A stretch of DNA of 64,000 bases from a virus, in IMG/VR virus record IMGVR_UViG_3300042923_001106, positions 32,001 to 96,000 of that record. The stretch is one strand, 5' to 3'. The notes under the pieces were generated by a model. The model had not been told where the DNA came from, made no database searches, and saw only the letters and a list, made by a program, of their open reading frames with translations. A program made the position numbers and the translations under genes. Each line of letters starts with the position of its first letter. The stretch's first letter is position 1. This document shows, one piece after another, positions 9,421 to 16,990 of this stretch.

Positions 9421-10203
9421 GTGGTAACAATGAATTCAAGTTTATATGATGCCTTACTGATCAGAAATCATGAAAAAGTCTATATACAAAATAAAATATT
9501 TTTTGATTTAGCAAGGAATACACTGTTCTCCACTAAAAATATAGTTTTTATATACGCTTATTACTGTTTAATCTGCTACTTGTTTAGATATTGCAAGTAT
9601 GGTCAAGGTAGGTTTCTAACCAATGAAGACATAAAGGAGATATTGGGTTATCAAAGAAAATATGCTGGAGTTGATTATCTCATAAAGAGGGGAGGCGTTT
9701 TGGACCATATTGGGTATACAGAATGTATTAGAGATTTTCCCTTACAGTATAAACTTGAATCACAGTATGTTGAATTTAAAATGTATTCTGAGCTAGAACA
9801 GGAAACAAAGAAAGTGTTAGATATGCCGAGGAACTTTTATATTAAGAAGCCAATAATGGCGTTTTATAAAGACGAGAGCAGCTCACAGAATAAAATTTAT
9901 GATGGGACATTTTATGAAATAGAAAATACTCATCTGTTTGATATATCCATCTTGGTGGAAATGATGGTGTCTGGATTGAGCTTAAATGAATTTTATATTT
10001 ATCAATTTTTCAGGCATAAAACGGATTTATTCAAAAGCGGGTATAGTGCAAGTTATGAACGGATAGAGAAAGAAGTTAGAATTCCAGTTAGATCCTTGAA
10101 AAGAATAATCTTAAAATTGGAGGAGTTTGATTATTTGAATATTATACGGGATATCCCAAAAGGAAAAGAAACGAGGCCCAATATATACGAGATAAATAGA
10201 TGA
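9421..10203 (+). CDS. Hypothetical protein with possible C-terminal HTH (replication-initiator-like)
   Basis: 260 aa; C-terminal SYERIEKEVRIPVRSLKRIILKLEEFDYL resembles a wHTH. Confidence 0.55.
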   Translation: MVTMNSSLYDALLIRNHEKVYIQNKIFFDLARNTLFSTKNIVFIYAYYCLICYLFRYCKYGQGRFLTNEDIKEILGYQRKYAGVDYLIKRGGVLDHIGYTECIRDFPLQYKLESQYVEFKMYSELEQETKKVLDMPRNFYIKKPIMAFYKDESSSQNKIYDGTFYEIENTHLFDISILVEMMVSGLSLNEFYIYQFFRHKTDLFKSGYSASYERIEKEVRIPVRSLKRIILKLEEFDYLNIIRDIPKGKETRPNIYEINR

Positions 10204-10220
10204 TACTTTAGTGCGCTAAA

Positions 10221-10337
10221 ACCCTAGGTTTTGGCACACATTATAATATATATATATTATATATATAATAATAATATATAATAATTAAAATAATAATAAT
10301 AAAATAATCTATTATAAAGGGTGCCAAAATCTAGGTT
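10221..10337. repeat. 17-bp imperfect inverted repeat flanking an almost pure A/T tract
   Basis: ACCCTAGGTTTTGGCAC (10221-10237) versus GTGCCAAAATCTAGGTT (10321-10337), 15/17 complementary. Confidence 0.75.
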
Positions 10338-11128
10338 CTTTGATTTTTTATATATGAGTATTGTTGCAGAAGGATGATGACCAGAGATGGTCATTTTTTT
10401 TATTCGATGGATTAGTATCGATGAAAACTGGAATAAACGTTGGTGTAATAAGGGATATAGGGTTAATTTGTGATAAAACAATGGGAGTACATTGAGTGGA
10501 AATAAGGATGCATCGTGTAAATGTAGATGGGAGTAGGGAGGACAGGGTGTGATATGGGGATATAAGAGTATTTATGGTGATATTTATTGAAATTGAGGAG
10601 AGGGGAAAGTGAGGTGGGAGTAGGGATGGATCGATGCGGTATCGATGTGATTATCGATGGGGATTGGAGTGAAAATTGGATTTGGGGGAGGGAGGGATAA
10701 AAATAGGTATAGTGTGTGGATAGACCTGCTGCGGCCCCAAATACCGGCATAAATTGGCTAGGAAATGTAAATATACCCCCCATACCTATGCTATAATGTT
10801 GCGTATATGAATGGTTATACGCAAGATGATGCTACAGGCATACCGAACGAATCAATGCTTTGCGATCCGATGAATGAGCAGAGAATGAGCAATAAAAAAA
10901 GCTAGATACGTCTAGTGAAAAATTTTGAAAATGTCATATTGAAAATATCGAATAGTAACATGCCGCCGATTTTCTAAGTCTTATCATCAACTATAACTAT
11001 TAACTATCACATACACCAATCCAATAACTTTCACCTATCACCTTTACACTATAATCATTCCCTATCACTATTGTGCATATTATAAACTATTCCTATCATC
11101 ACTCACCCCAATATAATAAAATAAACAT

Positions 11129-11157
11129 TTGCAATAACCTTATCATAATGGTATAAT
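11129..11157 (+). promoter_or_regulatory. SigA-type promoter of the toxin gene
   Basis: TTGCAA-17 bp-TATAAT preceded by TAAAATAAACAT. Confidence 0.8.
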
Positions 11158-11187
11158 TTTCTTTGTAGGGGAAAGGAGGTGATTCCC

Positions 11188-11340
11188 TTGCGGTTCCTTG
11201 AATTAATCCCGTTGCTCGTACTTATTCGCCTAATCTTCTTAGACGCTATTGCATTCATCAAATGGTTGTACGAGAAACGGAAGAAAAGGAAAAAGCGCCG
11301 AAAAGGTTCGCACAAACCTAATCGACGCAAGCGCAAGTAA
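11188..11340 (+). CDS. Type I toxin, YonT/Fst-like (50 aa)
   Basis: AAAGGAGGTG RBS, TTG start; MRFLELIPLLVLIRLIFLDAIAFIKWLYEKRKKRKKRRKGSHKPNRRKRK, i.e. one hydrophobic helix plus a polybasic tail. Missed by the ORF track. Confidence 0.75.
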   Translation: MRFLELIPLLVLIRLIFLDAIAFIKWLYEKRKKRKKRRKGSHKPNRRKRK

Positions 11341-11400
11341 AGCCTTATACCTGATACATAAGCAATATGAGAGACAAGGGAAGCCGATTCCCTTGCTTTC
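11300..11400 (-). ncRNA. Putative antisense antitoxin RNA (3' end uncertain)
   Basis: Minus-strand promoter TTGTCA (11435-11430)-17 bp-TAAGAT (11412-11407) with TG extension; 5' hairpin CAAGGGA/TCCCTTG. Confidence 0.6.
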
Positions 11401-11436
11401 CCTTACATCTTATCATACTAATAAAGGGGTGACAAT

Positions 11437-11577
11437 ATGAACAAAACACGCCTTGTCTACGCCTTGCTATTCGCTTTCTGTGCGATTATCTTTGACAATC
11501 CATTCATTCGATACACTATGTTTGCGGCGGTTCTGTATTGCATGATTACAGCTTATATAAAGCGTAATAAACACTAA
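11437..11577 (+). CDS. Small two-TM membrane protein (46 aa)
   Basis: AAAGGGGTG RBS; MNKTRLVYALLFAFCAIIFDNPFIRYTMFAAVLYCMITAYIKRNKH. Confidence 0.6.
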   Translation: MNKTRLVYALLFAFCAIIFDNPFIRYTMFAAVLYCMITAYIKRNKH

Positions 11578-11732
11578 TCGGACCATCACTTGTTGCATCA
11601 TTCTAATGCAAGCAATATCATACGTTGTTGTATCCATCATTTGCAGCTAAATACATTGAAGAACAGCGGAATATAAATATCGAATAGTCCAATGAGTATA
11701 TCGGCTTTTCTTTTCGTTAATAAAATAAATAT

Positions 11733-11761
11733 TTGAAATATAACATTAATCGTGATACAAT
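11733..11761 (+). promoter_or_regulatory. SigA-type early promoter
   Basis: TTGAAA-17-TACAAT with TG extension; upstream TAAAATAAATAT. Confidence 0.75.
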
Positions 11762-11780
11762 GTATTTAAGAAATTAAACC

Positions 11781-12032
11781 ATGGGAGGAATTACAGTGGA
11801 AAAGGTTGTTGTAATGGTAGATTTTAAAAAAGGATACTTTAATGCATCTGCCCAAGCTAACATACCGGGAAGATTTACTGCAGAAATTGTTACTGGTCCA
11901 GACGATATTTTTGAAGGTGGTCATCAATTTTATGGAGACGGTAGAACAGTGGAGGAAGCATTTTCTACAATTTCGAATCAGTTAAAGAAATTCGGGAATT
12001 ATGAAGTTGTTAAAAGTAAAAGGAGCCTATAA
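11781..12032 (+). CDS. Hypothetical protein
   Basis: 83-aa ORF followed by a terminator. Confidence 0.65.
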   Translation: MGGITVEKVVVMVDFKKGYFNASAQANIPGRFTAEIVTGPDDIFEGGHQFYGDGRTVEEAFSTISNQLKKFGNYEVVKSKRSL

Positions 12033-12046
12033 AGGCTCTTTTTTTA
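12020..12046 (+). terminator. Intrinsic terminator
   Basis: GAGCCT-ATAA-AGGCTC followed by a T run. Confidence 0.7.
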
Positions 12047-12060
12047 TATAAAATAAATAT

Positions 12061-12090
12061 TTGCAATATAACTTAAAACTATGATATAAT
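12061..12090 (+). promoter_or_regulatory. SigA-type early promoter
   Basis: TTGCAA-18-TATAAT with TG extension; upstream TAAAATAAATAT. Confidence 0.75.
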
Positions 12091-12121
12091 GAACTTAGTT
12101 AAATAAATCGTTTTATAAGGA

Positions 12122-12469
12122 GTGGTTACCATGAAATTCACTTTCAAACCGGATATCACAATCACATCAATTATTGTCAAGCCTCATGACACGTTCGGAA
12201 ACACTATTGATTTTTATGTACAAGGTAATATCGTTGATTGCATTGACGACGAAAGAACCATCACGGATATTATCAACGATGCGCAAACAGCATTCCCGAA
12301 TGCATCAATCAAAATTGAAAGTGAAGATGATGGAATTTTAACTTTCATTGGTGTCAACTTCAGCAAAAACTTTAATATGGGTAACGGTGCTAAAGTTTAC
12401 AGATTCGCCTATGAAGATGGAAACCACACTGAAATGGTATCTGAATTTGTAAACGAGATTATAAAATAA
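12122..12469 (+). CDS. Hypothetical protein
   Basis: 115-aa ORF with RBS. Confidence 0.7.
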   Translation: MVTMKFTFKPDITITSIIVKPHDTFGNTIDFYVQGNIVDCIDDERTITDIINDAQTAFPNASIKIESEDDGILTFIGVNFSKNFNMGNGAKVYRFAYEDGNHTEMVSEFVNEIIK

Positions 12470-12505
12470 AAAGATGCAATAATATAATCATAAGGAGCGA
12501 GAATA

Positions 12506-13888
12506 ATGAAAAAAATCGACTTAAATCCGTTCATTATCAATTATGCGGAAGGATATCAAAACATAATGGGAAATCGCGTATCGTCCATCCATTCCGAAGG
12601 CAATACAATCTATATTCGCTTTCTCATCAACGCCAACAAAGCAGAGTATGCACTCGACATGGTACGTGTATTCTGCAATGTCGCTTATAACATCGATACA
12701 GGTAAATTATCCAGTGTCACCGAAAATGGAAAAGGTTCACGAAAGTTTAATTCTTACGTTAAACACGAATGCGAACTACTAACAAAATTGTTTGTCGAAG
12801 AGGCAACAAAGAGACTGAACCTTGAAATCAAACAGCAAAATAGTGACTATTACGATTCTTGTCATGTTGAATTGTTATCTTTAATCAATAATGATTCATC
12901 AAAAAAGAATGTATGTTTCGAATACATTAACAAAGTCCAAGAACTATACGTGAGCGGTGCAAATGTCGACGAAATGTCTGCATTGTTCGAAATGGTTAAA
13001 ATCGAAATGTTAAATGATACTCGCCTTTTCCCTGTCGTTTCTGAATCTCCAACTAAAACCATAACAGTAACCGTACAAGATAACGGGCAAACTTTTACCG
13101 CTTTTAATCGTTCCTTCCCTTCTTACAATCAAGCGTATAACTTTTGTATCTCTTCGGACTTCGATCCAGCATACATAATTCCATCTGCTGTTGACTCAAT
13201 AACAGAAACCGCCATAACAGACGGTCAAATATCGAACGGACTAAAACTCGACTTACAACTATTCGGCAATGCTCCTACCTCTGTATACACTCCTGAAGGC
13301 GTTCATAAATGGGGAATAGGAAAACATCTTCAAATACTTTACATAGTCGAGACTACGAAAACCGATAAAGATATTGAGTCAATGAATTATTCAAATGCGC
13401 ATCAATACGAGCATAGAAGCATTCAGTCAGCTATGAATCATATGCTCACTATGCAGCGGAATGGATGGCATAACATCAATTTGAATGTGCAGGTATACAA
13501 CAGAGAACAAATTATAGTTGAGGATATTGCATACGATACCCAATTTGTAAGCACGACAGAACAGGATACTAAACAGGAAAATAGACAACTAATGGAACAA
13601 ATCAGGTGTATGACAATCGAAAATGAAACATATAAAGGATTCATTTCTAAGTACAATGCGAAAAAGACGTTTGAAGCATATACAAATGAACAGCAGAGCA
13701 TAAACAAAGATGATAACGGCTTGTACTGGTACGAAATGTTATACTGTCCATTGTCTCCATTTTGCCAACCAAAAGGACATATTGCCTATGACGACACAAT
13801 AGGAAAACACGGCATAATTGCATATAACAGACCGTTAACAGATAGCGAATTAATTGAATATGAATTAATTAAATGGAAAATTGTATGA
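12506..13888 (+). CDS. Polyvalent-type protein with C-terminal DarA_C-like domain
   Basis: 460 aa; C-terminal YWYEMLYCPLSPFCQPKG...HGIIAYNRPLTDSELIEYEL; internal LKLDLQLFG. Confidence 0.65.
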   Translation: MKKIDLNPFIINYAEGYQNIMGNRVSSIHSEGNTIYIRFLINANKAEYALDMVRVFCNVAYNIDTGKLSSVTENGKGSRKFNSYVKHECELLTKLFVEEATKRLNLEIKQQNSDYYDSCHVELLSLINNDSSKKNVCFEYINKVQELYVSGANVDEMSALFEMVKIEMLNDTRLFPVVSESPTKTITVTVQDNGQTFTAFNRSFPSYNQAYNFCISSDFDPAYIIPSAVDSITETAITDGQISNGLKLDLQLFGNAPTSVYTPEGVHKWGIGKHLQILYIVETTKTDKDIESMNYSNAHQYEHRSIQSAMNHMLTMQRNGWHNINLNVQVYNREQIIVEDIAYDTQFVSTTEQDTKQENRQLMEQIRCMTIENETYKGFISKYNAKKTFEAYTNEQQSINKDDNGLYWYEMLYCPLSPFCQPKGHIAYDDTIGKHGIIAYNRPLTDSELIEYELIKWKIV

Positions 13889-14236
13889 TACGTTCTTTAT
13901 ATGTCCATATTCAAAAATTAATCAAGTGGTACATTGCCCTAGAGGAAACCGAAACTGTCTAATAAGCCTATAACAGCACTCGATTTTTATTACCAGCATT
14001 TTATATAATAACGCTCATGAAATGGATCTGAAAGGATCAATCTTATGTACCTACAAATTCATTACGGATGGTATTATAAAATAACTTCGACTTGGTGCTA
14101 CTGGGTAGAATCAAAAGAAAAGGCTACAAAGTTTGATACAGCTGAAGCAGCCGATAAAGCACATAATTTTCATTTTAACTTTAATAAAGCAATTAAGGTT
14201 ACCGAATAAACCTTTTTATTAAATGGGGGATTACAT

Positions 14237-14671
14237 ATGCTTTATATCGAAACGAAATATAAAACGATTCATGGGAAGCCGGTTTACGCTCACATGCAAC
14301 ATGAGGATGATTCGAATTATCGTTTTGTCACTCTGAAAACGAAACGTCAACTTGTGAAGGAACAAAAAGAATTAACATTAAGCGTTCGCCTTATTCCTCA
14401 TAACTACATTGATCCAATTGAATGCCCTAAGCTGTTCGAAGAGTCACCATTACATTTTAGCTCCTTCATTTCCTCTATGCTTCGTATTTGCAAATGGTTA
14501 ATGCCTTATTATGTCGGTTACATCAAAGACGGCCATGACAGCCGTAGAGCCTTTGATAAAGCGGTTATAAATTATGAGGAATGCCACAACGTAACATTAG
14601 ACGGTTTATGGTATCATCATGCATTCGATATTGTTTCAGCAGCAGCGAAAGGATTGGAGGGAATCGCATGA
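14237..14671 (+). CDS. Hypothetical protein
   Basis: 144-aa ORF with RBS. Confidence 0.7.
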   Translation: MLYIETKYKTIHGKPVYAHMQHEDDSNYRFVTLKTKRQLVKEQKELTLSVRLIPHNYIDPIECPKLFEESPLHFSSFISSMLRICKWLMPYYVGYIKDGHDSRRAFDKAVINYEECHNVTLDGLWYHHAFDIVSAAAKGLEGIA

Positions 14672-14865
14672 TTTGTCCAAAGTGCAATATAAAAATGAAA
14701 CCTAAAACTGATAAAGAATTAAATGAAAAATATTATGATTGTGAGCAATGCGGATTTAATATTTTAAGATCCATTGCAAAAATGAAAATTCACAAGGAGA
14801 CTGAAAGAATAATTAAATACAGTATTCAATAAAATGAAAGTTTGAATTCATAGGAGGGAAAATAA

Positions 14866-15126
14866 ATGACTTATGAAGAAGCCAAAGCACACAAACTAAT
14901 ATTAGAGAAAAAGAATAATACTGATTCTAGCGCGCTGCAATTCTTCGAAAGAAACGCTATGGGATTAATACCGGATCATGTTAGAGAAACGCCAGAATGG
15001 AAAAGTGCTAAAAAGGCTTTTGATAGTTCTTTTGCCGAACTAAGAAACTTTAACGGATGGTTTGTTAAAATGTTTAAAAAAGAAATTTCTGCCGATAGAA
15101 ATTATAAACGATACGTGAGCAAATAA
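14866..15126 (+). CDS. Hypothetical protein
   Basis: 86 aa; stop codon lies inside the 18-bp motif. Confidence 0.75.
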   Translation: MTYEEAKAHKLILEKKNNTDSSALQFFERNAMGLIPDHVRETPEWKSAKKAFDSSFAELRNFNGWFVKMFKKEISADRNYKRYVSK

Positions 15127-15156
15127 AATTTTAATTTTATCATCCAAAATAAAGGA

Positions 15157-15411
15157 GTGTTTACCATTTCGCTATCATACAAAATCAAATTGTTGTCACA
15201 AGAAGAAAAAAGTAAATTTATTAGCATGTTAGATAAATGTTTAAAACTCCAATCTTTTTGGGTTAAATGTTTACTTGATACTAATAAAACAAATGAACAA
15301 TGTGACTTTGCATTAAATAAATTATATTCAATAGAGCAAGAGTTCAGAAACCGATTTAATTATTTGGGTTTGGATAGTTTCAGATTAAACGATAATAAAC
15401 TGTGCCTATAA
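15157..15411 (+). CDS. Hypothetical protein
   Basis: 84 aa; stop codon lies inside the motif. Confidence 0.65.
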   Translation: MFTISLSYKIKLLSQEEKSKFISMLDKCLKLQSFWVKCLLDTNKTNEQCDFALNKLYSIEQEFRNRFNYLGLDSFRLNDNKLCL

Positions 15412-15435
15412 AATGTTACTTTTATTCCTTAAAGG

Positions 15436-15462
15436 ATCGGCAGCCATGCCGGTTTTTGTTTG
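15436..15462 (+). terminator. Intrinsic terminator
   Basis: ATCGGCA-GCCA-TGCCGGT followed by TTTTGTTT. Confidence 0.65.
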
Positions 15463-15605
15463 TGTCTAAGCGTCTATATTCGCTTTATCATTGCTTATCC
15501 AGAATTTAAGTATATCCCTATGATTGAACCTAGAAACGTCTTACATTGGGTTTGTGGCGTTCTCAGCTCATATAAAATAAACATAAACAATAGTAAATAA
15601 AACAT

Positions 15606-15634
15606 TTGTTTATCTATTCTTAGTATGATAATAT
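15606..15634 (+). promoter_or_regulatory. SigA-type promoter
   Basis: TTGTTT-17-TATAAT with TG extension; upstream AAATAAAACAT. Confidence 0.7.
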
Positions 15635-15677
15635 TAATTTTAGGGATTCTATTCGCCCTAACATTAAATAAAATGGA

Positions 15678-16328
15678 GTGGTTTTTATTAAAAAGTGTTC
15701 TGATTGTAATAAAGAAAAACCTTTAAATGAGTATTATTTCAACTTTATTAAAAAGAAAAATGGGGAAGTTAAAATTTCGTATCATCCCAGATGTAGAGCG
15801 TGTTCGGTAATTCGTAATTCTGAATACCGAATAAAAAATGACAACAGAGAGAAAAGATTGGTGACACAAAAGCAATATAATAAACGTGAAGAAACTAAAG
15901 AATATCAAAATAAAATGAGGAGAGATGGATATAGAAAAGAATATTTAAGCGAGTATAGGAAAAGTAATCCTAATAAAATTAAAGAATATAATAAGAAGTA
16001 CTCAAACAAAAAGCATAAAATCACTATGAAAGAATGGGATGCCTGTCGTTTATATTTTGACTATAGGTGTGCATATTGCGGCAAAACTTGGGAGCAGAAT
16101 AAAAAAGAAACAAGAAAAGATTTACATCAAGAACATGCATATGATGACGGTGCGAATGATCTAAGTAATTGTATTCCATCATGTCAAAGTTGCAACAGTT
16201 CAAAACGTGAAAATGATTATATAGAGTGGTATTCGATTAATAACCCTTTGTTTAAGCAGGAAAGAATAGAGAAAATAGATAAATGGTTAATTGAGGAATA
16301 TAAGAGATATATTGAATTCATCCAATAA
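15678..16328 (+). CDS. HNH endonuclease with N-terminal Zn finger
   Basis: CSDC...CRAC at the N-terminus; CAYCG...EH...GANDLSNCIPSCQSCNSSK. Confidence 0.85.
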   Translation: MVFIKKCSDCNKEKPLNEYYFNFIKKKNGEVKISYHPRCRACSVIRNSEYRIKNDNREKRLVTQKQYNKREETKEYQNKMRRDGYRKEYLSEYRKSNPNKIKEYNKKYSNKKHKITMKEWDACRLYFDYRCAYCGKTWEQNKKETRKDLHQEHAYDDGANDLSNCIPSCQSCNSSKRENDYIEWYSINNPLFKQERIEKIDKWLIEEYKRYIEFIQ

Positions 16329-16385
16329 ATTACTGTTTTCATTCACCTATTTAAACTATAATCACAGTAAAGGAGTGAGTACATT

Positions 16386-16604
16386 ATGAATCAAATCACG
16401 AGTTTTTTAATCTATACGCAATACGGATTAGTTAATATCGTACATTCTCTAGAGGAATTGCAGCAGATTGAAAAAATAAATTGGATAAAGGTCGAGATAT
16501 GGAAATTTGGAACACGTCAAAATGTTATCGAAAAATGGAACGGCTACGATAAACTAATGGAATATGCAATCTTTTATTTCAAATTGATTCAGCCTAACAA
16601 ATGA
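16386..16604 (+). CDS. Hypothetical protein
   Basis: 72 aa; stop codon lies in the motif. Confidence 0.65.
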   Translation: MNQITSFLIYTQYGLVNIVHSLEELQQIEKINWIKVEIWKFGTRQNVIEKWNGYDKLMEYAIFYFKLIQPNK

Positions 16605-16638
16605 AAACTGGATTTTATCAATATGAATAAAATAAATG

Positions 16639-16667
16639 TTTGTAATAAAATAAATGTATGATATAAT
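16639..16667 (+). promoter_or_regulatory. SigA-type promoter
   Basis: TTGTAA...TG-A-TATAAT; upstream TAAAATAAATGT. Confidence 0.7.
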
Positions 16668-16700
16668 GTATTTAGACGAAAGAAGAAAGGGGCGATGTAA

Positions 16701-16895
16701 ATGATTATCATACAAGGTGCATACACCATTATGGCAGCAAACATAGCAACGGGAGAAACTGTACAGCATGACATGATTCTTCCTCTAGACGTAACCACTA
16801 TTCAACTTAAAAGGTTTTGTCGTCAAAAGTTTACCCGATTTATTGAGATAACAGATTTTGAACCAATACAAATGGAATTGAGCGGTGATAGATGA
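16701..16895 (+). CDS. Hypothetical protein
   Basis: 64-aa ORF with RBS. Confidence 0.6.
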   Translation: MIIIQGAYTIMAANIATGETVQHDMILPLDVTTIQLKRFCRQKFTRFIEITDFEPIQMELSGDR

Positions 16896-16990
16896 TAAGT
16901 AGATTAACTCGTTCGAGCGAGTATAAAAAGGCCACTAGGCTCGAAGCGTTCCCCTGTAATGGGGAGGAGGCAAGATAAATAATACATAGT

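Noticed and set aside
10529-10559. G-quadruplex as a stand-alone finding
   Set aside because: One loop is 8 nt and there is no functional evidence; mentioned only within the skew-switch finding.
10257-10783. ORFs 10257..10481 and 10463..10783 on the minus strand
   Set aside because: Low-complexity translations of the AT-rich and G-rich tracts, with no RBS.
11103-11440. ORF-track calls 11103..11336 (-) and 11249..11440 (+)
   Set aside because: The region is better explained by the 50-aa toxin with a strong RBS and the antisense promoter.
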